From Gemmatimonadota bacterium (GTDB taxonomy: Bacteria; Latescibacterota; UBA2968; UBA8231), in NCBI GenBank assembly GCA_028875345.1, contig JAPPEG010000101.1:79-64078 (forward strand): 64,000 nt of DNA. Direction: 5' to 3'. Below, piece by piece: positions 45,380 to 54,597 of this stretch. The stretch's first letter is position 1. Every line of letters starts with the position of its first letter. The notes under the pieces were generated by a model that was given only the letters and a program-made list of their open reading frames with translations, searched no databases and was not told the origin of the DNA. Made by a program: the position numbers and the translations under genes.

Positions 45380-47329
45380 TCAATAGGCGACGGCAATGGG
45401 CCGCATTTGCACTTGGCGCTGTCCGCCGCTCTCGACCTCGACTTGGCAGATGTACAGACCGGGGGCCACCTGCTGGCCGGCCTCGTCTCGCCCGTCCCAC
45501 TGATGCGGATGTCGGCCCGCGCCATCGACGTCTGCGTACACGCGCCGCACCAAGCGGCCGCTCAAATCCCGCACCAGCACCTCCACCGGCACCGGCTCGG
45601 TCACCTTGAGCAGTTCGTAGGCAATCTCCACTTGGTCGTTGATCTGGTCGCCGTTGGGCGTAAACGCCTCGGTGCTCAGCGACACAGCGCCTAAGACCTT
45701 ATCGTCTAGGGTCATCGCCTGCACCAAAAGTTGGTTGCCATCTACCAATTCGTTGGCCTCGCCAGCAGCCACGATCTGCCCGATCTCCCCCGGCGCGGTG
45801 CTGTCGATCACCCGGCCTTCAAAAATTGCGCCAAAGCGGAAAATTTCCGCGCGCACATCCACTTCGAGCAATTCGCCGCTGCGCTCGACATCCAGCCGTG
45901 GGAAACCCAAAACTACGCCCGCATCCTCGGCCACGGCGCTGAAATCCGCCACGGGTTCACCACTGAGGCGCACGGCCTCCACGCCGACGATCCGGCCGCC
46001 GACCAAGCGCAGGTCCAAACCGTCAAACCCTTGGTCGGCGGGTTCAATCGTCGGGCGCACTGCATAGGTGAACGTGCGTTCCTCAGCCACAGCCGCTTGC
46101 CAAGGATCGATCTCGCCGACTAAGCCGGTCACCAAGCGCGGGGAAGCGGCGAATTCGAGATAGCCGAGCTGGCCGCCGGCTTGGCCGAAGGAACTAAATG
46201 CTATCCTGAACTGCACATAGCGGTGAGAGCGCGTCGCCCGCAGCGCCACGCCCGCGCTGTCGGCGAATTCGTACGGCGACGACCACAACTCCCATTGGGC
46301 GGTGTCGTCGGTGATGGCTCCGCGCATGATCGGCCCCAAGCGGCCATAGGTTTTGCGGGTCAGCAGCTTGCCGTCCTCGCCGAAGGGCACCTGCTCGTCG
46401 CCGCGGAAGGTATTGCGCCAGTACACCAGCGGCGTCTCGTCGCCGCCGGCGCGGGAGCGAATCTCCACTTGCGCCCCTTCGTCCTGCCGCCCTCCCCAGC
46501 GCACCCAGCCCAAATTGGCGAATTCGCCTATATCGAGAACATTGGACTGGTACGAGGCCGAGCCTTGGAAACCGCCGCCGTACACCTCCAACTCAGCCAG
46601 GTCCCATATCTTATCTTGGGGCATTACGTGAATCATCAAATAGCGGATCGGCGTTCCGTCTAGCTCGATGTCGAGTTGCGGATTTTTGTTTTCCAAAATT
46701 TCCGCGACCACCTTTAGCTCAATGCCCTTCTTGCTGTCGGCCTCTCTCAACGACCGATTGAGCGCACTCGCTCCAACGAATTCAATCTGATCAACGCCGC
46801 CCCCGGCATCGGTCTGCGCGGCGACGATGACGTGGGCGACAGAGCGTTCGCTGCCCACCTTTGGGACGAAGCGGACCAACCGCGTCGCAAAGTCGCCGCC
46901 GAGATCAAAGAAAAGAGCCGTGCCGCGGAAGGTATGGGCGTGTTCCCTCGGACGGGTCTCCAAGAAAAACGTCGTCGGGTCCCCGTCGATCACCAAGCTC
47001 AACTCGTCGCCGACATCTTCAAAACCATTGTACGCGCCGTGCTGAAAATTGCCGCTGACCCCGCTCAAGGTCGTCGCCATATTATCGCCCTCGTTGTAGA
47101 AGAACGGCGTGATCTGCTCGGTGAGCGCGAGCCCAAAGCTCTCGCCGCCGAGATCTTTATCTAAGTCGGCCCAGCTCAACTGGCGAAATTCAGCACCGGC
47201 GTCCACCTCGGCCGGAGGCGGCAAGCTCTCGCCGCCGATGCGATAGATGACCAAGGCCGAGCTTGGCTGGACGCCGAGCAAAGCCAACAAGGCCGCGATG
47301 AGCCACGTCGTGCGCTGCAATTTTTTCAT
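45380..47329 (-). CDS. Secreted protein with discoidin-like region and C-terminal FlgD-Ig / type-B-CTD-like domain
   Basis: Signal peptide; FTPNGDQIND, DLSGRLVR, WDGRDE, APGLY. Confidence 0.82.
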   Translation of the reverse strand: MKKLQRTTWLIAALLALLGVQPSSALVIYRIGGESLPPPAEVDAGAEFRQLSWADLDKDLGGESFGLALTEQITPFFYNEGDNMATTLSGVSGNFQHGAYNGFEDVGDELSLVIDGDPTTFFLETRPREHAHTFRGTALFFDLGGDFATRLVRFVPKVGSERSVAHVIVAAQTDAGGGVDQIEFVGASALNRSLREADSKKGIELKVVAEILENKNPQLDIELDGTPIRYLMIHVMPQDKIWDLAELEVYGGGFQGSASYQSNVLDIGEFANLGWVRWGGRQDEGAQVEIRSRAGGDETPLVYWRNTFRGDEQVPFGEDGKLLTRKTYGRLGPIMRGAITDDTAQWELWSSPYEFADSAGVALRATRSHRYVQFRIAFSSFGQAGGQLGYLEFAASPRLVTGLVGEIDPWQAAVAEERTFTYAVRPTIEPADQGFDGLDLRLVGGRIVGVEAVRLSGEPVADFSAVAEDAGVVLGFPRLDVERSGELLEVDVRAEIFRFGAIFEGRVIDSTAPGEIGQIVAAGEANELVDGNQLLVQAMTLDDKVLGAVSLSTEAFTPNGDQINDQVEIAYELLKVTEPVPVEVLVRDLSGRLVRRVYADVDGAGRHPHQWDGRDEAGQQVAPGLYICQVEVESGGQRQVQMRPIAVAY

Positions 47330-47342
47330 AACGGCACCTCCA

Positions 47343-47374
47343 AGAAGAAGAGGGGATGGGACTAGCCCATCCCC
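47343..47374 (-). terminator. Hairpin/terminator after the SWGRIK protein gene
   Basis: Minus strand GGGGATGGG-CTAGT-CCCATCCCC followed by TCTTCTTCTT. Confidence 0.6.
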
Positions 47375-47404
47375 CCTCGTTCTTGCATCCTAAATACTGC
47401 CTGC

Positions 47405-48355
47405 TTACTGGACGTAGGCAGACTTGATGCGACCCCAGCTATTCTCCTCGACCGCGCTCTCGATCGCACTGAAATCGACGCGCGGATCAAGGGGTGCCAG
47501 CAGGAAATCCGTGGCCGAAGCCGTGGTTTTCCACACGTCGGTGGCACCCGAAAGAGACCACTGGCCGGAGTGCTCGGCATCCTGACCAACGCCGCCGTCG
47601 GCACCGGCTACATCGCTGTCGAAGACCGCCCAGCCCAAGCCGGTGATATCGCCCTCGTTGTAGTCGTGGATGACGCTGCCTTCCGGGTCGTTGAAGAGAA
47701 AGTCGTCCCAAGCTTGGCGCCGCACCTCGATAAAGGCCGTGGCCTCGCCGCCACCGATTTCGCCGTCCAAGCGGAAGCCGTGGTCGGCGTAGGGCAGCTC
47801 GTCGTGCCACTGCGCTTGGGTCATCCAAAACCACGACCAACTCTCCTGGCCGTCGGGACCGAGATTCGGGAAGCGGGTGTGGTAGGACTGCGACCAGCGG
47901 CCTTGGGCCAAGGCGCGCTCTTCCTCGTTCTCTATGTCGGCGGTCCCGAAGCGCATCTGATCGCCGCTGTGGTCTCCATCGACGTGCATTTCCCAGCTAT
48001 CGTCGCCGCCGGCCACGCCGCCTTGGGCGTCGCGGTCGTAGAAGTCGTCAAAGCGCTCCATCATGAAATAGAGACTGTTGGTCGATTCGCTCCAGCCGAC
48101 GATAGAGCGGAAGTTCAAGTCGCCGAAATCGGCCGGCTTTTCGCCGTTGAACTCGGTGTGCTCGGCAAAGGAAATCAAGTAGTCCTCGGGCACGATCGAC
48201 CATTCGGACAGATCGCCGTCCAGCGTTGGCTCAAGGCCCGCCGGCCACTGGAAAGCCGTGCGCACAGCGCCCTCGGGCACGTGCGCCGTAGCCGGAGCGA
48301 CGACGGCCACGCACAGGGCCAGTGCGAGCAAAACAGTGATTTTTTTCAAAACCAT
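47405..48355 (-). CDS. Secreted acidic protein, CBM9/DOMON-like sugar-binding fold likely, with C-terminal SWGRIK motif
   Basis: Signal peptide, PTLDGDLSEW, VGWS...LYF...DD, DGDHSG; ends SAVEENSWGRIKSAYVQ. Confidence 0.75.
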   Translation of the reverse strand: MVLKKITVLLALALCVAVVAPATAHVPEGAVRTAFQWPAGLEPTLDGDLSEWSIVPEDYLISFAEHTEFNGEKPADFGDLNFRSIVGWSESTNSLYFMMERFDDFYDRDAQGGVAGGDDSWEMHVDGDHSGDQMRFGTADIENEEERALAQGRWSQSYHTRFPNLGPDGQESWSWFWMTQAQWHDELPYADHGFRLDGEIGGGEATAFIEVRRQAWDDFLFNDPEGSVIHDYNEGDITGLGWAVFDSDVAGADGGVGQDAEHSGQWSLSGATDVWKTTASATDFLLAPLDPRVDFSAIESAVEENSWGRIKSAYVQ

Positions 48356-48474
48356 CCTCCTTGGTTTTAGTTAAAACGCCCGCTACAGTGGGGCATATTA
48401 GGAGCTTATTATAAAACAAACGCTTCCGTTTTACTACTCTTACTTCGGCAATACCCTCCTTTCTCGGTTGTAAC

Positions 48475-49998
48475 CTATTGCGGTGTTTGCAAATGCTCAA
48501 TGCGGCTCTGAGCCGCCGCTAGCACCTTCTCGTCGCCGCGCCAGTGCCGGACGAAGGCCCCGTACGCGAGGCGCGCTGCCGCGGCCTCGCCCTGTTTTTC
48601 GTAGGCTTGGCCCAGCGCGTAGTGGGAGCGCGCATGAGTGGAATCGCGCCGCACGACCTCCTCGAACTGGGCGATGGCCTCCGCCAAGGACTCGCGCCGG
48701 GCCAAAGCCATGCCCAATCCGTAGTACGCATCGCTCAGCTCAGCGTCGCAGGCGAGGGCGGCCCGATAGGCGCTGATGGCTTTTTCCAAGTCGCCCTGCA
48801 GGGCATGCACATTGCCCAAGGCATTGTGTGCCTTGGCGTAGCAGGCGTCGATGTCCAAGGCGCGGGCAAACGCGGCCTCGGCCTCGGCCCACCGCTGCTT
48901 TTGCGCGTGGGCAAAGCCCATGGTAAAGTGCGCTTCGGGCGCGCGCCGGCCACGCGGCTCGTGTGCAGCAATTTTGCCAGCCAAGTGCGCGGCGCGCTCG
49001 ACATCGCCCTGCCGCAGGTGGATTTGCACCACTGCGGCCAGCGCGTCAACGTGCTCGGGCTCGCGGCTGAGCACTTCCTTGTACGTGCTCAGCGCATCTG
49101 CGTATTGCCCTAGGCGCATCTGCGCTCGGCCCAGCGCCAACCGCGCCTCCACATCGCCGGGCTCCCTCTCCAGCACCTTTTCCAAGGTCTCTTCCCGCTC
49201 TGACAAGTCGAGCAGGCCCTCTAGGCGCGCGAGCATGGCTTCGGCTTCGTCGTAGCGGCCTTGGGCCGAGTACAAATTCGCCAAGTCGTGGTACGCCTCG
49301 CCGTAGTTGGCGTCGAGCGCCACGGCCCGGTTGAGCGCCTGCGCGGCCTCATCGTACCGCTTCTCGTTCAGGTAGAGCCGTCCCATGTCCCGCCATATCT
49401 CTTTGCGCTTTGGTGCCAACTCGGCCGCTTCCACCAAAACCTCTTCCGCGCGCGCATTGCGGCCCTGCCGGCTATAGAGCAAGGCTAGGGCTTGCCGCGC
49501 TTCCACGTCTTTTGGCGCGATGTAAAGCGCCCTCAGCAGGGCTTCTTCGGCGCGCTCGTATTGCCCCTGCTCCTTGTGCAAAAAGGCCAACAAGCGATAC
49601 GAGCTAGGCGATTGAGGGTCAAAGCGCAGCGCGGTTTCCGCCGCCTTTACGGCCTGCGGGTAGCGGCCTGCTTCGAGGTGGGCGATGGCCAAGTTGTGAT
49701 AGGAGGGAATGTACGTCGAATCCAGCGCAATGGCCCGCGCAAAGTGCTCGGCCGCCGCCGTGCTCTTGCGCTGCAAATGCGCCAAGCCTAAGTAGAAGTG
49801 CGCGTCGCGGGACAGCGAATCGCGGCTCACAGCCTCTTGGTACACGTCCACTGCTTGGTCATACTGCCCCTGATCCAAATAAGCCCTTCCCACTGCGAGC
49901 AGTGAATTGTCCGCTGGCGGCTCCTGCCGCACTTCGCCGCATCCTCCGATTGAGAGGAGGGCGAGTACGGCAATGCAATCCACGGGCGAGCGAGGCAT
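48475..49998 (-). CDS. Tetratricopeptide-repeat lipoprotein
   Basis: Lipobox-like IGGC; ~12 TPR repeats (AHFYLG, AYHDLA, AHNALG). Confidence 0.9.
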   Translation of the reverse strand: MPRSPVDCIAVLALLSIGGCGEVRQEPPADNSLLAVGRAYLDQGQYDQAVDVYQEAVSRDSLSRDAHFYLGLAHLQRKSTAAAEHFARAIALDSTYIPSYHNLAIAHLEAGRYPQAVKAAETALRFDPQSPSSYRLLAFLHKEQGQYERAEEALLRALYIAPKDVEARQALALLYSRQGRNARAEEVLVEAAELAPKRKEIWRDMGRLYLNEKRYDEAAQALNRAVALDANYGEAYHDLANLYSAQGRYDEAEAMLARLEGLLDLSEREETLEKVLEREPGDVEARLALGRAQMRLGQYADALSTYKEVLSREPEHVDALAAVVQIHLRQGDVERAAHLAGKIAAHEPRGRRAPEAHFTMGFAHAQKQRWAEAEAAFARALDIDACYAKAHNALGNVHALQGDLEKAISAYRAALACDAELSDAYYGLGMALARRESLAEAIAQFEEVVRRDSTHARSHYALGQAYEKQGEAAAARLAYGAFVRHWRGDEKVLAAAQSRIEHLQTPQ

Positions 49999-50096
49999 GT
50001 CGTAGATTCTCTCCGGAACCAGAACGGCGACTAAAAATGTTGCAAGTGCTTGTTGTTAAAGTAATTATAGATTAAAATTTTGGATATCATATATAT

Positions 50097-51278
50097 ATGT
50101 ATTTAAAACCTAAGTCAAGAAATAAAGTGTTCCGCAGGTTGGCGTTTTTCGCACTCTGTCTGCTCTCTGTAGGCTGCGACCCCCCGCCCCCACAACCCCA
50201 AGCGGACGCTGCGTATCACGTCTATCCAGGCGACGACATCCAAGCGGCTCTCGAAGCAGCAGCCCGCGACTCAATCCACAAGACCGTCAAAGTCCACGCA
50301 GGGACCTACCGGCCGCAGCAACCTAGCCAAGCAATGCTCTTCTTCGCGGCCCGCCACGACGGCATCGCGCTTGAAGCGGTGGGGCGTGTGGTCCTGACGG
50401 CCGCTCACCCCGAGCAAGCCGACCCCGACGCGGCGAGTTATCCGGCCATCGTCAACCACGTGGTCTTTTTCGGCGACGGCATCTCCCGGCGCACCGTCCT
50501 ACGCGGTTTCACCATCACCGGTGCCAACAACTTTGCCAGCCGCAGCGAAGGCCCCGAGCCAATCCAGCCGGATTCCTCCAACGGCGTGCGCTGGGAAAAG
50601 GGGCTGTTTTTCTACGCCGACGGCGGCGGCATCAAGGTATTTGGCCGTTCCTATCCAACCCTCGAAGGGTTAGAACTCCACGACAACTACGCCAGCCCCT
50701 GCGGCGGCGGCATCTCCATCGAGCATCGGGGATTCGACGCCGAGGCCGTGCTGATCAAAGACTCCGTCTTCCGCAACAATAGCTGCCAAATCACCGGCGC
50801 GGCCGTCGATGTGCTGCCCGGCAGCGCGGCCGTACTCGACAACTGCCTCTTCGTCGGCAATGTCGCCAATCTCGGTCCCGACTACGTGGGCCGCCGTGGC
50901 GGCGTCGAATACAACAAGGCCCACGGCTCAGGTGCGTTGACAGTCTTTCCCGGCGCGCGCGTCGAAGTGCGCAACTGCACCTTCACGGACAACTGGAACG
51001 GCATTGACGACAAAGGGCGCGGTAGTTCATACCGCAATACCATCTTCTGGATGAACGTGCGCGGCGGCGGCATCGCCCCCGGCAGCCGCTACGAAGTCGA
51101 TCTGCTCGACAGCCGCCGCTTCAGCGGCTGCTTTATCCGCGGCCAAATCGACGACCTGCGCGGCACCTTGGACCCAGAGCGCAATGTACTCCAAGCACCC
51201 GACCCGCAATTCGACGAGCACTACCGACCCCAAACCCCTGCTTATGCTGGAGTGGGCTACCAGCCGCCGGAGGAATAG
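50097..51278 (+). CDS. Right-handed parallel beta-helix (pectin-lyase-like) lipoprotein (start may be GTG 50127)
   Basis: SVGC lipobox, DIQAAL..A, VHAGTY, GFTITG, GGGI, NCLFVGN, NCTFTDN. Confidence 0.82.
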   Translation: MYLKPKSRNKVFRRLAFFALCLLSVGCDPPPPQPQADAAYHVYPGDDIQAALEAAARDSIHKTVKVHAGTYRPQQPSQAMLFFAARHDGIALEAVGRVVLTAAHPEQADPDAASYPAIVNHVVFFGDGISRRTVLRGFTITGANNFASRSEGPEPIQPDSSNGVRWEKGLFFYADGGGIKVFGRSYPTLEGLELHDNYASPCGGGISIEHRGFDAEAVLIKDSVFRNNSCQITGAAVDVLPGSAAVLDNCLFVGNVANLGPDYVGRRGGVEYNKAHGSGALTVFPGARVEVRNCTFTDNWNGIDDKGRGSSYRNTIFWMNVRGGGIAPGSRYEVDLLDSRRFSGCFIRGQIDDLRGTLDPERNVLQAPDPQFDEHYRPQTPAYAGVGYQPPEE

Positions 51279-51293
51279 GTTATCATTCCACCT

Positions 51294-53501
51294 ATGCTAA
51301 AACTGCTCTCAACTCTCGCCGTCCTCTCACTGGCGTCATCGCATCATGCCGGGGCACAGGGTACCGCTGCTATCCGCCAACAGCGGCTCGAACTAGACCG
51401 CACGGTCTGGTCCGACGAGCGGCGCGCCCAGCAGTACGAGACCGTCTTTGTCGCCTTATGGGACCGACTGCGCGCTGCCCAAGAAGCGCGGCCGGTGCTG
51501 GCCGCTTTTCCCTTTGATCAACTGCTACTCGGCTCTCCACAGGATAGCATCAAGCACGACTGGGACATCGTCGAAACGCACTATGGCGACCCGCCGCGCA
51601 CGCTCGATCACGGGCAGTGGTCGGCCTTGCTCAAACAATGGGAAAATGAGGGTTTCGTTCTCGAACAATCCGAATGGCACCACAAGCAATTCATCCCGAC
51701 CAAGGACGGCCCGGTCCGCTCTTTAATAGACCTGAAACTGCACATCAAAAACCACAATAAACGTCTAATCGTCAGCGGCGATCTATCCGTCACCTGGAGC
51801 GAGCAACAAAACGAGGCCGGACACTATATCCCCGCCATCATCGCCGCCGCGAATCTGACCCTGACCGAACGCCGAGGCACACCCACTTTTACCTCTTCAG
51901 CCGTCTTGGCAGACGACACCGCGCTCTCGCCCCTCATCGCCGCCGACCTCGACGGCGACGGTCTCGACGACTTGCTCGCACTCGGAGCCAACCTACTCTA
52001 CCGCAACCAAGGCGGACGCTTTGCGCCCGAGCCGCTTTTGGCCTATCCACCTCCGGTCGGTCGCATCGAAGTGGCGCTCTTGGCCGATTTTACCGGCGAT
52101 GGCGCGCCCGATCTAATCGTCGGCGGCCCCGGGCAACTGCTGGGCCTCTACGAGGGCGGCAAGAGCTTCGACCAACCCGGCTTGGCCATTGCAACGCGGC
52201 CCCTGCAATACCCCGAAGCCATGAGCGCGGGCGACATAGACGGCGACGGCGACCTCGACCTGTGGGTCGGCCAGTACCGGCTGCCCTACCGCGAGGGCCA
52301 GATGCCCACGCCGTACTACGATGCCAACGACGGCTATCCCGCTTACCTGCTGAGCAACGACGGCAACGGGCGCTTCACCGACATCACGGCCCGCGCGGGC
52401 CTCGAAGCCAAGCGCAAGCGGCGCACCTACAGCGGCTCCTTGGCCGATCTCGACGGCGACGACGACCTCGACCTATTGGTCGTCAGCGACTTCGCCGGCA
52501 TCGACCTATACTACAACGATGGCACCGGAACCTTTGCCGACGTCACCTCCCGCACCGTCAGCGAGGCATCGACCTTTGGCATGTCCCACGTCTTTGGCGA
52601 CTACAACGGCGACGATCGCCTCGACATGTACGTAGTAGGCATGAGTTCGACCACGGCGCGCCGCCTCGACTACCTCAATCTCGGCCGCGAAGAGTACCCC
52701 GAGCACCACCAACAGCGCCGAGCCATGGGCTTTGGCAACCGGCTTTACCTCGGGCGCGAAGACGCCCAGTTCAGCATCGCCCCAAGCACGGAGCAAGTAG
52801 CGCGCACCGGGTGGTCTTGGGGCGTGGCCTCCGCGGACTTCGACAACGATGGCGACGACGAAATCTACGTGGCCAACGGCCATCTCAGCGGCGAAACCGC
52901 CCAGGACTACTGCACCACCTTCTGGACGCACGACATCTACACCGGCGGCTCGGAACCCGACCCGCAAATAGCCGCATTTTTCGACGAGGCGATTGCGGAG
53001 TGGCACAACGCGGGCATCTCGTGGAACGGCTTTGAACACAACAAGCTCTATCTGAGCGGAGAGGGCCGCTCCTTTGTCGAGATCGGCTATCTGATGGGCG
53101 TGGCTTTTGAATTCGATGCGCGCACCGTGCTCGACATGGACATCGACGCCGACGGCCGCATGGACCTATTAGTCAGCGAGTGGTCCGGTACCCCGCGCCG
53201 CGAGCGAGTCCACGTCTTGCGCAATGTCTGGCCCGGCGACAACAACTGGCTCGGCGTGCGCCTCCAAGGCGCGGCCGGCGTTTCTCCCATCGGCGCACGT
53301 ATCACCCTGCGCTCGTCCCAAGGCACCAAGACGCAGTGGGTCTATACCGGCGAATCCTTCGACGCCCAACGCTCACCCACCCGCCTTTTCGGCTTGGGCC
53401 CAGTCGAACAAGTCGAACAAGTCGAAGTACAGTGGCCCGATGGGCAGGTCACTATCCTATCCAATCCAGAGCTAAACAGCTACCACGAACTGACGCCCTA
53501 G
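51294..53501 (+). CDS. CRTAC1-family protein (FG-GAP repeats and ASPIC/UnbV)
   Basis: DxDGDGDxD repeats; C-terminal GARI...LFGLG...VEVQWPDG. Confidence 0.9.
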   Translation: MLKLLSTLAVLSLASSHHAGAQGTAAIRQQRLELDRTVWSDERRAQQYETVFVALWDRLRAAQEARPVLAAFPFDQLLLGSPQDSIKHDWDIVETHYGDPPRTLDHGQWSALLKQWENEGFVLEQSEWHHKQFIPTKDGPVRSLIDLKLHIKNHNKRLIVSGDLSVTWSEQQNEAGHYIPAIIAAANLTLTERRGTPTFTSSAVLADDTALSPLIAADLDGDGLDDLLALGANLLYRNQGGRFAPEPLLAYPPPVGRIEVALLADFTGDGAPDLIVGGPGQLLGLYEGGKSFDQPGLAIATRPLQYPEAMSAGDIDGDGDLDLWVGQYRLPYREGQMPTPYYDANDGYPAYLLSNDGNGRFTDITARAGLEAKRKRRTYSGSLADLDGDDDLDLLVVSDFAGIDLYYNDGTGTFADVTSRTVSEASTFGMSHVFGDYNGDDRLDMYVVGMSSTTARRLDYLNLGREEYPEHHQQRRAMGFGNRLYLGREDAQFSIAPSTEQVARTGWSWGVASADFDNDGDDEIYVANGHLSGETAQDYCTTFWTHDIYTGGSEPDPQIAAFFDEAIAEWHNAGISWNGFEHNKLYLSGEGRSFVEIGYLMGVAFEFDARTVLDMDIDADGRMDLLVSEWSGTPRRERVHVLRNVWPGDNNWLGVRLQGAAGVSPIGARITLRSSQGTKTQWVYTGESFDAQRSPTRLFGLGPVEQVEQVEVQWPDGQVTILSNPELNSYHELTP

Positions 53502-53652
53502 CAAAGGCTGGGGATGGTCTTACACAACAATGCTTGCTATTTACCAAGACACGGCTTATCGCCTAGTCAATAGCAGCCTGCAGGGAGGCCCTATCGGGTG
53601 CGACCTATGCGTGGGACCTAATCAGCGGCTAACTACCAACCACATGGTGCTA

Positions 53653-54585
53653 TTAGATGTTCTGAAGAGGGGAAGATTTTCCACTAAGACGGTTCATATG
53701 TTCCGCTAAATCTGAAATATGACCGTGCAATGTGCGTAATTCATCGACTGAATCAACCATAGATTCAAACTCGGAACCATCGCTGTACGTCACCTGATAC
53801 AAATAACTTTCTGTGGGATCATCCATCGAAAAAGTAGGATTCTCCAGAAACTCCGTCGCCGCCATGATTACTTCAAAAACGACAGGTGCGGAGTCCTGTC
53901 TCAAAACGAGGCGGATTTGCTGAGGAAGAGCACTAAGTTTAGAGCGGACTCGATCTGTATATGAGTCCACAGTGGCTTTGCCCAGTAATTCAACAAGAGA
54001 ACGAGCGACATCGTCTTTTTTTTCTTTTGAAAAATTTGCTTCAAACTCGAGAACTATTTGTTCTTTATGACTTTCGTCTATTTTGTCTGGATAGTCGACG
54101 ATCAGATCATTTTCGGCAAAGGCAGCGACGACTTTCTTTTTAGGTACGTAGAACAAGTCTATTCCATGACTCAAGACTAGCTCTCTAGCCGGTTTTGTAA
54201 AATCTCCTACTGCTAAAATGCCTAAAAAACGTGCTGTAGGATATGTGATGCGCATTGGCCTCAGTTTTCCACTGTCGTCGCGGGCTTTATCTTTGGAGTG
54301 TCGCGCACCACGCCGCCAGAAACATTCGACAAAAGCCACGGGAACCCCCCGCTCTTCATCGCTCCCACCTAATTCGAGGACAAAATCATAATCTACCACG
54401 TTGCCATCTATGTCTCGCCAGATGACTTTTTCCCCACCACGCGAAGGGCGTGATACGAAACGGTTGTCTAAGTAAAGTTCTAGCTCATCCGCTACTTGGC
54501 GAAGCAGAGGCAACGAGAAATACTGTTCGGACCAGTCTCCGACTAACTGACCGAGTTTGTGTCCGGATGAAGCTCGTACCGCCAT
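53653..54585 (-). CDS. Putative type II restriction endonuclease
   Basis: Directly downstream of a DNA methyltransferase in a lower-GC island; DYDFVLE...AFVECFWRRGARHSKDK is a PD-(D/E)xK-like core. Confidence 0.65.
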   Translation of the reverse strand: MAVRASSGHKLGQLVGDWSEQYFSLPLLRQVADELELYLDNRFVSRPSRGGEKVIWRDIDGNVVDYDFVLELGGSDEERGVPVAFVECFWRRGARHSKDKARDDSGKLRPMRITYPTARFLGILAVGDFTKPARELVLSHGIDLFYVPKKKVVAAFAENDLIVDYPDKIDESHKEQIVLEFEANFSKEKKDDVARSLVELLGKATVDSYTDRVRSKLSALPQQIRLVLRQDSAPVVFEVIMAATEFLENPTFSMDDPTESYLYQVTYSDGSEFESMVDSVDELRTLHGHISDLAEHMNRLSGKSSPLQNI

Positions 54586-54597
54586 AGTCTACTCTAA

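Noticed and set aside
53402-53426. GTCGAACAA short tandem repeat
   Set aside because: In-frame VEQVEQVE within the ASPIC domain; no sign of phase variation.
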